Origin: Nitrosopumilus sp.
Lineage (GTDB): Archaea > Thermoproteota > Nitrososphaeria > Nitrososphaerales > Nitrosopumilaceae
Direction of reading: 5' to 3'
Length of the DNA: 64,000 nucleotides
Assembly (NCBI GenBank): GCA_965205675.1
Contig: OZ242186.1
Location: forward strand, 1,344,001 to 1,408,000
This document shows, in pieces, positions 8,261 to 17,819 of the stretch. Below the pieces are notes generated by a model. That model did no database searches, was not told where the DNA came from, and was given only the letters and a program-made list of their open reading frames with translations. Position 1 is the first letter of the stretch. Every line of letters begins with the position of its first letter. The translations under genes were made by a program, and so were the position numbers.

Positions 8261-10906
8261 TTGGGTAAGCCAAAATATCATACGCCGCCAATATCTGAAA
8301 TAAAGACTACCTCGCTTGGGGCAGAGGACAGACCAGATAAATTCAATGACATGGTAGGCGATGACGGTCTCATTCACATGAGACTCGAATCAGATGTTGT
8401 AATTGACAGGCTTGCACGTGACATCTATACCAGTCCGACAGCAGGGCTTCGTGAAATATACAACAACGAGGCAAGGCAGTGCAGAACAGCACAAGCCAAG
8501 CACAAACAGAGTCCTGCCCCCACAATACACATAGACGTTGATGCCTCAAAGAGGTCGCTATCCATTCTTGGAACAGACTCTATGGGAATGAGCATGGACA
8601 CGTTTCGCAATGTGTATACTGTTGTAGGCAGGTCCGGCAACCTTTCTGGAGACGAGTCCGGACAGTTCGGATTCGGAAGACTTGCAACAAGACTGCTATC
8701 TGATGTCGTCATAGTTCAGACATACAGCAGGGAGACAGGCGAGCAGTTTGCATTCATATCAAAGGATGGTCGCGCATTTGAGGCAATCAATATGCCTGCA
8801 CTAGAATCATTTGGCACAAAGATATCGATGACTGTCAAAGACGACGTATCGCTTTATGAGATTGTAAAGTATGCACATGAAATGGCAAGGTTTGTAAAAA
8901 TCGATACGGTATTATGTCTGCAAAACGATGTTGTAGAGGATTCTGAGAGTACAAACCCTCTCACATACGAGCAAGGAATATACCAGATAGGAAACGTATC
9001 TGAGCGCGACTACCTCACAGAACAGCTCTGCATCAAGGCAGATGACTGTGTGGATTGGATAGAGATTGACACTCCAGAGTACTATTTTCTCGGAATAGTC
9101 CGTGACAACTATAGAGCACACTACGATGACATGCCAAGACAGCACAATCTCATAGGAATCCCAATAAACATGGATCCGCTAGAGACTGGGGGATGTGACG
9201 GGTACGTACTCAACATCAAAGACGAGCGAAGATACATGCCAACAGCATCACGAGACAATCTGACAGAGCAGGCAGAATCAGAGATACAAGAGAAAGTACA
9301 AGACCAGATATGCAAATTCATAGGATCAATTAAGATAAATTCCATCGAGGATTATCTTGATTGCAAGTACAAGGTAATTGCAAGAAACTGTGAATCGTTT
9401 GATTGTGATGGGATGCACAAAGGCACAAAAACATTTGCCTCACTCTCAAAACTATACATGGACTCTTACACAATAGATGCAGAAAAGAATGCAACCCGCC
9501 GCCACCTAAGGGTCTTTGAAACAATGGACTCTAGTGATGCCAATCCTGCAAAAAACAACATGTACTGCCTTGCAGTAGTTGGCGCAAAGATGAATGCAAT
9601 ATGGGATATAAACCCTGATGCAAAGATAGTGTTTCTCTCACATAGGAACAGTGAATGGAGGGGCAGTTTTGAGATGTTTGGAATACGCAACATCACAGAT
9701 GTTCTAAAAGAACACAACATCAAGGTAGAACGCCAAAAGAAACAGCAGCAGATTCGCGAGGTTGTGACATATGATATGTCATATGGCTATCGCAGAAAGA
9801 TAAATGTCAACGACCTGACTCAAACGCACATTGCGATTCCAAAAGGAGAATACATGCGAGAGTATCTGAACTGCCTGAATACAAACGGAATCAACGGGTA
9901 TAGCATATTTAAGGAAAAGCCTGGCGTGAGTGGAGGAATACCACTAGACGAGTTTGTCTCAAAGGTAAAAAATACAGAGTATTCTGATGGACGTGGAGCG
10001 GTCATCACAGGCAAAAAGATACTGGAGACAGAGGGCATATGCATGCTAGTCAATGATTCAAACAAGTATTCAAAAACACTCACATTGGATATCTGCAAGA
10101 ACAGCATCGAGTCTGCATATGTACTTGTGAGAGGAACAAAAGATACGCTTGACCCACTGCGAGCTGCCATGATACTGTTGTTTAGAGGAGACAACTATAA
10201 TGATGCAGACGACGACAAAATCATCGGACGCGCAATGAGTGCATCTCTGAAGATAAAGTATGACGGGCTATGGGCTGAAAACTATGAAAACCTACGAGAC
10301 ACCCTCTCAAAGATATCGCGCCATCATGCAAGAGAGATATATGTAAGAAGCTATCAGAGACTGTTTGCAACAAGACCTAATCGCTCGCACGGATATTATT
10401 CCAGATATCGTGAAGAACCGGTCCCACTGTACAGTACTACAAATAAGAATGCACTCAGTACACTTGAGGCAGTCTTTGTTGCAATGAGTCAAGATGCAAA
10501 GACAAAAAAGATTACAGCCCAGGCAGTATTACAGCAATGTATGGATGCTGCAAAGGACAGTCCCAGAGAAAAACACGGTGTACTCTCTGAGATATGCACT
10601 GCTGCACTTGACTATACATTTGGTGAAAATGTCAGCGGACCATCAAAGGACAGCATGATAATGGAGACAGCACTGTACACCTTGAAGATACACGGATACA
10701 CTGCAAGGATTCATACCATCAAGGACAACCCCTCAGAGAACACATACATCAAAATATCTCAAGGTGAGACATCTGAGCAGTTTTGCTTTGATACCAGAGA
10801 ATGGAACAAGATGTTTTGTGTAGACTCTATCCACATATGCCTTCAGAACACCACAGTGTACGGCAGTGCCGGTGAGACCTGCATCATAGCAGAGGTAGAG
10901 ATATGA
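8261..10906 (+). CDS. GHKL (Hsp90/HATPase_c) ATPase-domain protein, paralog 2
   Basis: DIY..AGLREIYNNE, DSMGMS, GQFGFG and GTKI motifs; shares IKDER..PT..R with 5704..7923. Confidence 0.75.
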   Translation: MGKPKYHTPPISEIKTTSLGAEDRPDKFNDMVGDDGLIHMRLESDVVIDRLARDIYTSPTAGLREIYNNEARQCRTAQAKHKQSPAPTIHIDVDASKRSLSILGTDSMGMSMDTFRNVYTVVGRSGNLSGDESGQFGFGRLATRLLSDVVIVQTYSRETGEQFAFISKDGRAFEAINMPALESFGTKISMTVKDDVSLYEIVKYAHEMARFVKIDTVLCLQNDVVEDSESTNPLTYEQGIYQIGNVSERDYLTEQLCIKADDCVDWIEIDTPEYYFLGIVRDNYRAHYDDMPRQHNLIGIPINMDPLETGGCDGYVLNIKDERRYMPTASRDNLTEQAESEIQEKVQDQICKFIGSIKINSIEDYLDCKYKVIARNCESFDCDGMHKGTKTFASLSKLYMDSYTIDAEKNATRRHLRVFETMDSSDANPAKNNMYCLAVVGAKMNAIWDINPDAKIVFLSHRNSEWRGSFEMFGIRNITDVLKEHNIKVERQKKQQQIREVVTYDMSYGYRRKINVNDLTQTHIAIPKGEYMREYLNCLNTNGINGYSIFKEKPGVSGGIPLDEFVSKVKNTEYSDGRGAVITGKKILETEGICMLVNDSNKYSKTLTLDICKNSIESAYVLVRGTKDTLDPLRAAMILLFRGDNYNDADDDKIIGRAMSASLKIKYDGLWAENYENLRDTLSKISRHHAREIYVRSYQRLFATRPNRSHGYYSRYREEPVPLYSTTNKNALSTLEAVFVAMSQDAKTKKITAQAVLQQCMDAAKDSPREKHGVLSEICTAALDYTFGENVSGPSKDSMIMETALYTLKIHGYTARIHTIKDNPSENTYIKISQGETSEQFCFDTREWNKMFCVDSIHICLQNTTVYGSAGETCIIAEVEI

Positions 10907-11580
10907 GATCAAATAGTATTCTTGAGAAGAGAGAGGACCTTCTCATAGTAAGAGACAGGCAAGGAACAATCCAAACAGTTCCTGCCACGCAGTACCATCT
11001 TACAAAGTATGAAGTATTTGATGGAAACAGAATCATCTACAAGATAGATGAGAATAGAACCATTACTGAGACGTACAATGATGGCATATTCAACTGTACC
11101 CTGAGAAAGCATACAATCCAGATACGAAAACCAGAAGACGTTGCACTTGCAATAGCAGAGCATGTCAAAAGCAACAGCACGTCAATGTATGATGATATGT
11201 TCTCTGAGGAATTCTCAAGAATTCACAAAGACGAGATACTGGATTCGTTTTTCACAGCACAGCAAGACCGCATAAGAAGACAGGAAGATACAGTAAAGAT
11301 AGACGGCATATTTTATGTCGACTCTCGTGGCACTGCACATGTATGGGACAAACAATCCCAAAAATGGAGCCATCTCTGTATCGTAGTCTCCAAGACAACT
11401 GAGAATCTCATCATAGCAACTCAGGATGGTGAGATAAAGATAGATGATGTAATGCAGAGCATCCTTGCCAAGGTGTCATTTTTGCTACACCCAAACATGG
11501 AAGATACTGTATTTACAGGACAGTTGCCCAAAGACGTCCTGGACTTTTTGAAGAAAAAACATCACACACCACAAAAATAG
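10903..11580 (+). CDS. Hypothetical protein coupled to the ATPase
   Basis: ATGA overlap; 225 aa. Confidence 0.7.
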   Translation: MRSNSILEKREDLLIVRDRQGTIQTVPATQYHLTKYEVFDGNRIIYKIDENRTITETYNDGIFNCTLRKHTIQIRKPEDVALAIAEHVKSNSTSMYDDMFSEEFSRIHKDEILDSFFTAQQDRIRRQEDTVKIDGIFYVDSRGTAHVWDKQSQKWSHLCIVVSKTTENLIIATQDGEIKIDDVMQSILAKVSFLLHPNMEDTVFTGQLPKDVLDFLKKKHHTPQK

Positions 11581-11655
11581 GCATTTTTTTGACAAAGCCT
11601 ACCTGTCTGAACCCGTCACACATTTCTCAGAGACTGATGGGCATAAGACATTAAA

Positions 11656-11796
11656 GAAGATCCACATGGATTTTTCAAAATTATTCCCACAGAGTTGTAA
11701 CGAATTATTTCCAAAAGGGAATAGCTCAACCCAAGCTCTCATGACTGGAATCGTCCTGCTGGTGACGTTACTGCCAGAATAAAGGAGGAACCAATT
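11656..11796 (+). repeat. Cassette-head structured repeat, copy 5
   Basis: Sequence match to the consensus. Confidence 0.9.
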
Positions 11797-12090
11797 ATGG
11801 TCCGACAAAACAGTGCAAGTGAAAGCACACAAAACAATTCACAAAATCCCATCCTTAATACAAATGGTCTCACCCATCACATGGAATGGTCTGAGCACCA
11901 GCAAGAAACACTGGAGTTTCTGCTCGAAGAGCAGGCAGCAAATGAGGAATATTATTCCTCATTAGATGAGCTTTGCTGGCACAGGCACTTTGCAGAGAAG
12001 ATGGACGAGCAGATGGCAAATGAGGAAGAGTATTATTCCTCATTAGATGAACCGCACGGAGTCTCGTGCAACTGTACGGAGTGTAACTAA
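11797..12090 (+). CDS. Leader-bearing small protein with C-terminal H..CxCxxC
   Basis: Paralogs at 21612 and 27617; internal duplication of ANEEYYSSLDE. Confidence 0.7.
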   Translation: MVRQNSASESTQNNSQNPILNTNGLTHHMEWSEHQQETLEFLLEEQAANEEYYSSLDELCWHRHFAEKMDEQMANEEEYYSSLDEPHGVSCNCTECN

Positions 12091-12716
12091 TGGGCTACAC
12101 ACACTACTACTACGTCTCTCAAGAGTTTGATGCAAAACAATTTGCCAAAGTTGCAGCAGACTTTAAGACGATGATAACTCCATTAAAACATCTGGGAGTA
12201 ATTCTGGCAGACGGACTAGGTCAGAACCATCCGAAAATCACTCCAACTGAAATCTGGTTTAATGGATTAGAAAAGTGCGGACATAAGCAAAGAGAACTTG
12301 GAGTCACGTGGCCCGCAGAGAAAGCATCTGGAGTATCTCAAAACAAGATAGACCAGCAGCTAGCAGAACTGGCTAAGGGACACTGGTTTGCAGGTGTACG
12401 ATTGGAGACTCGAGTATGTGACGGGGATTGCTCTCATGAGACATTCAGCCTTGAGCAGAAACTCTCAGAGATACCCCAATGGAAGAAAGAACACAAACCC
12501 GACAGACTGATCTTTGAGTGTACCAAGACTGCATTCAAGCCATATGACCTGGCAGTTAACGTGTGTCTGATAATTGCAAAGCACCACCTCGGTGATGCCA
12601 TCAAAGTAACTTCAGATGGCGATGCAGAAAACTGGCAAGAAGGAATGCAGTTGTGTCAACACTTTCTGGGATACGGAGAAGAGTTCTGCCTTGACAAGGA
12701 GCCAACTGTTGTCTAG
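12090..12716 (+). CDS. Phage/MGE-type conserved protein (MGYTHYY..CTKTAFKPYDLAV family)
   Basis: Recognisable motifs; paralog at 27826. Confidence 0.75.
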   Translation: MGYTHYYYVSQEFDAKQFAKVAADFKTMITPLKHLGVILADGLGQNHPKITPTEIWFNGLEKCGHKQRELGVTWPAEKASGVSQNKIDQQLAELAKGHWFAGVRLETRVCDGDCSHETFSLEQKLSEIPQWKKEHKPDRLIFECTKTAFKPYDLAVNVCLIIAKHHLGDAIKVTSDGDAENWQEGMQLCQHFLGYGEEFCLDKEPTVV

Positions 12717-13035
12717 CACTGCAATCTCTGAGCAAACATCTAAAGGCTCAGATAGATACCATCTCTACGCTGATCCAGGTCATGGATGGCTGAGAGTTCC
12801 AAAAGCAGAGCTGATATCACTAGGTATCGCAGAGCTGATATCACGACACAGCTACATCAAGGGTCAGTATGCATATCTTGAAGAAGACTGTGACTGCCTT
12901 GTCTTTGAGACTGCAAAACAGATACAAGATCCAGATTGGCAGTTGGATGAAAAGCACATCATAGAGCACAACTCCAACAACTCGTCAATCAGAGACTATG
13001 AGATATACGAGAGCGACGACATACACACATGGTAG
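12709..13035 (+). CDS. MGE-type conserved protein (DPGHGWL..LEEDCD motif)
   Basis: Motif recalled from phage/plasmid hypothetical proteins; TTG start inferred. Confidence 0.65.
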   Translation: MSSTAISEQTSKGSDRYHLYADPGHGWLRVPKAELISLGIAELISRHSYIKGQYAYLEEDCDCLVFETAKQIQDPDWQLDEKHIIEHNSNNSSIRDYEIYESDDIHTW

Positions 13036-13451
13036 GTCTCAAAGAGCAGTCAAGAAAGACGCGTGAGAGAATACAGGATACCACAAAAGACAACCGGTTG
13101 TTGTATGTTATCGTGGGTCTTGGAATAGGTCTTCTGGTACTTGGAATCATACCGCCATATGCTGAGATGCTAGTTGCCTTGGGAGCTGCCTTTATTATTG
13201 CCGGAATCGTAGGCATCTACATGATGCTATCAACTCGGCAGGTGGCAAAGAAACTGCACCAGCAATTAGACGACCAAAATGAAATCCTCGAAACACACAC
13301 AGATATTCTCACAAAGATGGATGGTTCCCTAAAGGAGATAGCATCATCTCAGAACAAAAACCATTCAGAGATGATAGACGTTCTAAAAAGAATAGAGACA
13401 GGTTTCTCAACTCTCGGAGAAGGTCTCAAGAAAATAGAGAACAAGCTGTAA
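13029..13451 (+). CDS. 2-TM coiled-coil protein, type B (cassette-terminal)
   Basis: Two TM segments, ends KKIENKL; paralogs at 26392, 31326, 33383, 35461. Confidence 0.75.
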   Translation: MVGLKEQSRKTRERIQDTTKDNRLLYVIVGLGIGLLVLGIIPPYAEMLVALGAAFIIAGIVGIYMMLSTRQVAKKLHQQLDDQNEILETHTDILTKMDGSLKEIASSQNKNHSEMIDVLKRIETGFSTLGEGLKKIENKL

Positions 13452-13546
13452 AGTACAGTTTGATTTGAGAGTACGACGCCTCAAAACCCATTTTAGTTTT
13501 AGCGCAAGCTAGGACCTGATTTATCAGATGGGTGCGAGGTGTCATG

Positions 13547-13688
13547 GAAGATCCATACGGATTTTTCAAAATTATTCCTACAGAGTTGTAACGAATTATT
13601 TCCAAAAGGGAATAACTCAACCCAATCTCTCATGACGGGAATCGTCCTGCTGGTGACGTTACTGCCAGAATAAAAGGAGGAACCAATT
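13547..13688 (+). repeat. Cassette-head structured repeat, copy 6
   Basis: Sequence match to the consensus. Confidence 0.9.
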
Positions 13689-14195
13689 ATGGTCCGACAA
13701 AACAGTGCAGGTGAAAGCACACAAAACAATTCACAAAATCCCGCCTTTAATACAAATGGTCTTACCCATCACATGGAACAGGCTGAACATCGGCAAGAAA
13801 CACCAAAAGAACTCTCCGATTCCCAAATTTTCGAAAAAATAGCACAGGCGATGAGAGAACATACACCAGGCGGAACCAGTAGTGTAAGATATGACGTACA
13901 AGATGAAAGCATCTACAAATCATATCACAGCGGAAACAGATGGGAACAAGGTGAAGACGGATACTGTCCTTATGAAATTTTCACTCTTGAAAAGTGGTGT
14001 GATGACTATGACATATTGCGAATTTTAGGAGAGGACCCAGATTTTGACGATAAAGAAATATTGAGTAATTCTGAAAAGGTTGAATTATTCTTGAAAAATA
14101 TCTCGATCGAAGATTGGGGGTGCTATGATGAAATCGTATACGAAATCGAAGAAGCAAGAAAATATTATGCCGATTTTTTGGAGAGTCAAAAATGA
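13689..14195 (+). CDS. Leader-bearing acidic hypothetical protein
   Basis: Paralog of 19534..20067. Confidence 0.7.
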   Translation: MVRQNSAGESTQNNSQNPAFNTNGLTHHMEQAEHRQETPKELSDSQIFEKIAQAMREHTPGGTSSVRYDVQDESIYKSYHSGNRWEQGEDGYCPYEIFTLEKWCDDYDILRILGEDPDFDDKEILSNSEKVELFLKNISIEDWGCYDEIVYEIEEARKYYADFLESQK

Positions 14196-14355
14196 CTTCT
14201 GATTTTTTAGCACTAGAAGCTGTCAATCTCTCAAAACTCATTAAAGAGCTAGATGCAGATGCCCCAGTTCACGACTGCAAAGAATGTCCATGTGATTGCC
14301 AAGAATGGGATTTCCTTGATGAGAACTCTAAATCCGATATCGGAGTGGCATTCTA

Positions 14356-14661
14356 ATGTCTGCTGAAGGATTTGAGACAATAGCCCAGATGAAACTTGAG
14401 CATCTTCCAAATGATGCAAAGCTGGTCTTGCAGCGACAGAAAAGTGAAATCATTGGCAACAGGATTCAGTTCGGACTGCCATCAACGTTTCTCAACTCTG
14501 AGAACGGACAGACAGTATGGAACAAAGGACCGTCAATCCAGCTAGAGCAGATTCCAGAACTCATCAAAATGCTGCAAGATGCATACGAGAGATACGCAAA
14601 ACAAGACACAAAGAAAGAAAAGACTGTGACATTTGCAGATGCTGTATACACAAAGTTCTAG
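14356..14661 (+). CDS. Hypothetical protein, possibly a PC4-like ssDNA-binding fold
   Basis: WNKGPSIQLEQIPEL resembles the PC4 motif (weak); identical copy at 18269. Confidence 0.55.
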   Translation: MSAEGFETIAQMKLEHLPNDAKLVLQRQKSEIIGNRIQFGLPSTFLNSENGQTVWNKGPSIQLEQIPELIKMLQDAYERYAKQDTKKEKTVTFADAVYTKF

Positions 14662-14663
14662 AT

Positions 14664-14846
14664 ATGGACAGCAAGGAACTGCTACACAGCATAGACAGTC
14701 TAAAACAGTGGATAATACACTCTGAGATGCAAGGAAATCTTGATGTTGCAGACTCGTTTTATCCCGCATACGGGCAGCTTGACATCCTACGCGAAAAGAT
14801 AGAGGAGCAAAGCGACTATGAAGAGTCCTGCAAGAATAATCTCTGA
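14664..14846 (+). CDS. Small hypothetical protein
   Basis: MDSKELL.. start just after the upstream stop; copy at 18577..18759. Confidence 0.5.
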   Translation: MDSKELLHSIDSLKQWIIHSEMQGNLDVADSFYPAYGQLDILREKIEEQSDYEESCKNNL

Positions 14847-14984
14847 TGTGCACAAGGAACTGGGCTTGGTACAGGATTCCATCCGGCAGAGAAGGCACAA
14901 AAAGACGCTCAAAAAGATAAGACAGGAACTAAACAAGATTCTTGATTCCTAATCTTTTTGTATGGTGTAAAAACTAGATAGAAT

Positions 14985-15122
14985 ATGTCTGATACCAAAC
15001 AAGTAGATTCGCCGCCGCTAACAGATGAAGAGATCAAAGATATCAAAGAGTTCTATAGCAATCCAAAAGATCACAAAGTTGGAACCCTTAAAGAATTGCT
15101 TGAAGAGTTGCATGGTGATTAA
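14985..15122 (+). CDS. Putative antitoxin (45 aa, acidic)
   Basis: Read manually: MSDTKQVDSPPLTDEEIKDIKEFY..TLKELLEELHGD; directly before a RelE-like gene. Confidence 0.7.
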   Translation: MSDTKQVDSPPLTDEEIKDIKEFYSNPKDHKVGTLKELLEELHGD

Positions 15123-15125
15123 GAA

Positions 15126-15389
15126 TTGTGGAGGTTAGAGTGGGCCAGTAAATTCACCAAACAATACAAGAAACTCCACTCAGAGATACAACACGATGCA
15201 GATGATGCACTTGAAGAGATTGCATCTTGTACAAACCCCTCAAATCTTGGAACATACAAGGCAGACATGAGATCTTTTTCTTATGAAATCGGCAGAAAAC
15301 ATCGTATCATTTATTCAATACGATACAGAGATGGAATTGTTGATTTGCTTCGTATATGCGACCACAAATCAGTCTACGGCAAAGACTAG
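15126..15389 (+). CDS. RelE/ParE-family toxin
   Basis: W.L....KF.KQYKKL..HRIIY..LLRICDHKSVY pattern. Confidence 0.8.
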   Translation: MWRLEWASKFTKQYKKLHSEIQHDADDALEEIASCTNPSNLGTYKADMRSFSYEIGRKHRIIYSIRYRDGIVDLLRICDHKSVYGKD

Positions 15390-15489
15390 AAAGAACAAAC
15401 AAATTTTTTGAGCAAAATATCTAGATGCATCAAATCTCAAAGCAATCAGATTTTAGAGATTCTTTGATGGATGGCTGCTAGATAACATG

Positions 15490-15628
15490 GAAGATCCATA
15501 CGGATTTTTCAAAATTATTCCCACAGAGTTGTAACGAATTATTTCCAAAAGGGAATAACTCAGCCCAAGCTCTCATGACGGGAATCGTCCTGCTGGAAAC
15601 GTTATTTCAGAATTAGGAGGAACCAATT
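15490..15628 (+). repeat. Cassette-head structured repeat, copy 7
   Basis: Sequence match to the consensus. Confidence 0.9.
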
Positions 15629-15850
15629 ATGGTCCGACAAAACAGTGCAAGTGAAAGCACACAAAACAAATCACAAAATCCCGGAGAACTGGTAAGAGAA
15701 ATCCACTGGGAGCATAGATTGTGGATGTCTACACGTATACGGATGGAAAACGCAATGAAGACCGTAAGAATATCTGCAAGACTGCCCGAAAAGAAAGACA
15801 GATGGAATGAGAGCGTATCCTGTGAGATTCTGGAGCAAGTACAGAAATGA
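15629..15850 (+). CDS. Leader-bearing hypothetical protein
   Basis: MVRQNSASESTQNKSQNP start after the SD-like motif. Confidence 0.6.
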   Translation: MVRQNSASESTQNKSQNPGELVREIHWEHRLWMSTRIRMENAMKTVRISARLPEKKDRWNESVSCEILEQVQK

Positions 15851-16134
15851 GTATGGAACAGAATCTCAAAGAAGAGAGGCTGGAGAAATTCCGCAAAGCC
15901 TTTGAAGCATTTGTGGACGATCCACAAGTTGCAGGAACAGCAGACGAGTTCCACAGTTATGAGGAGAGTTATTGCGGACTGTGGGTTTCTGGAGAATCAG
16001 GAAACAGTCTTGACGGCATCTGCGTGTTCCAGTATGGTGGAAATGACCACCCAAAACTTGAAGAATTCCTAGACAAATGGAACGCACACTATGAATGGTA
16101 TGACTGTGGAACCGTAATGATTTATCTTGAGTAG
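15847..16134 (+). CDS. Acidic hypothetical protein
   Basis: ATGA overlap; 95 aa. Confidence 0.65.
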   Translation: MSMEQNLKEERLEKFRKAFEAFVDDPQVAGTADEFHSYEESYCGLWVSGESGNSLDGICVFQYGGNDHPKLEEFLDKWNAHYEWYDCGTVMIYLE

Positions 16135-16319
16135 TCACGAGATACATGCCAACCATAGACAACCTCAAAAACTAGGGTCCAAAGACTGACGACATCGGGT
16201 GACCTACCCCAATTTTTTGTGACCTGACAATCCTCTCAAATCCAATATCATACTATGACACCTGACAGGCAGATTGGATGTGGAGATGGTACAGATGCTT
16301 GCAGCATCATACAGAAACA

Positions 16320-16745
16320 ATGAACAAAAAAACAACAAACAAAGTAAAAACCAGTCTAGTACGAAAACAAAACGTGATATTTGTAGCAATGGTAGCAGTT
16401 GGGTTATCCCTAACTGTCATGAGCCAGCTTACAGATTCGCGACTGCTAAGTGAAGGCATAGCCTTTATTATAGTTGGATTCGTAGGAATGTTAATGTCTT
16501 GGACTACGATGGATGTTGGTGCCAGTATCAAAGAAGCAATACATGATGTTGGCAGACAAAACCTAGCCGCATTGGAATCCATTGCATCCTCTCAGAAAGA
16601 GATGGACAAGTCTCTCAAAGAGATCAAAGACATTCTAGGTACACATACTACAATTCTAGAAAAGCATACTACAATTCTAGAAAAGCATACTACGATTCTA
16701 GAAAAGCATACTACAATTCTAGAGAACCTAGAGAAAAAAGACTGA
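16320..16745 (+). CDS. 2-TM coiled-coil protein, type A
   Basis: Paralog of 4554 with 4 copies of HTTILE. Confidence 0.75.
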   Translation: MNKKTTNKVKTSLVRKQNVIFVAMVAVGLSLTVMSQLTDSRLLSEGIAFIIVGFVGMLMSWTTMDVGASIKEAIHDVGRQNLAALESIASSQKEMDKSLKEIKDILGTHTTILEKHTTILEKHTTILEKHTTILENLEKKD

Positions 16746-16850
16746 GTTTTCAAAAACCCACAATATTTTTTTGACTGAGTCATGCACTCCAAACCAACAT
16801 TATTTGTAGCAATACAAATCGACTCAGCGAGTTGGTGTGAGATGTGTAAA

Positions 16851-16991
16851 GAAGATCCATATGGGTTTTCCAAGTTATTCCTACAGAGTTATTTTCAGAA
16901 TCATCTCAAAAGAGAATAATCTGAGATATCTCTCATGCCAGGAATCGTCCTACTGGTGACGTTACATCCAGAATAAAAGGAGGAACCAATT
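16851..16991 (+). repeat. Cassette-head structured repeat, copy 8
   Basis: Variant inner stem ATCTC-AAAA-GAGAAT. Confidence 0.9.
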
Positions 16992-17819
16992 ATGGTCCGA
17001 CAAAACAGTGCAAGTGAAAGCACACAAAACAATTCACATCAAAAGACAATACAGCACATGACAGATATGGCATCAGCCATATGTGCCATTCAGGCAGAGC
17101 ATGCACATCCCTTGAACAAGGAGTCATACCCCACATATACAGAAACAGAAAAGATACTGTACAATATGCTTACTGAGAACACGGGGGCACACATACTTGA
17201 TTCAGGAGGAGCATATGGCAGACACTGGCAGCAAAACCGTGGGATTGCCGACTTTAACAGCATACCTAGTGTGAAAACCCACAAAATGTATGGTGCAAGA
17301 AAACACGTCTTTGCAATAGTTAACGATATTGCAACGTATGACAAAGCAGTAGACTGTAAATTCCACAAGTTTGCAGCAGCACCAGAAAACCGAGACAAAT
17401 TATGGGTTGAGAACATGGAAGAGTTTGCTGAGACGTATAACGAGGATGACTGGTTAAAAGATCATGGCGCAAACACATACGGTTTCGAGTCCTATTGTGG
17501 CAACCAAGAAATGCAGTACGACTTTCTCACAATAGACGGCCACACATACATCGTCTTGCAATTCCATGGAGGATGCGACATACGCGAAGGATACACAACA
17601 CCACACGTCTTTGAATGCGACTATGATGATTTCATAATTGCAAGCACGCAGATCTCCATTAGCTGCATGTGTAACTGTGCATATTCTGACGGCTTTGACT
17701 GGACTGATGATTCAGGAGACGACGTAGAGTTCTCATGGGATGACGGATTACACTCTTGCTGGAACTGGAAGAATGATGACACATTATTCTGCAGCAAATG
17801 CAAAAGGGTTGCAGCATAG
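16992..17819 (+). CDS. Leader-bearing virus-type protein (ENTG.HILDSGGAYGRHWQ..HGGCD.R.GYT)
   Basis: Motifs recalled from phage/archaeal-virus hypothetical proteins; C-terminal Cys cluster. Confidence 0.7.
   Translation: MVRQNSASESTQNNSHQKTIQHMTDMASAICAIQAEHAHPLNKESYPTYTETEKILYNMLTENTGAHILDSGGAYGRHWQQNRGIADFNSIPSVKTHKMYGARKHVFAIVNDIATYDKAVDCKFHKFAAAPENRDKLWVENMEEFAETYNEDDWLKDHGANTYGFESYCGNQEMQYDFLTIDGHTYIVLQFHGGCDIREGYTTPHVFECDYDDFIIASTQISISCMCNCAYSDGFDWTDDSGDDVEFSWDDGLHSCWNWKNDDTLFCSKCKRVAA

Noticed and set aside
11656-11796. Repeat as hammerhead ribozyme, K-turn/C-D box RNA or tRNA
   Set aside because: No CTGANGA..GAAA core was seen, the AC/CATGAC internal loop lacks tandem GA/AG pairs, and there is no cloverleaf or T-loop.
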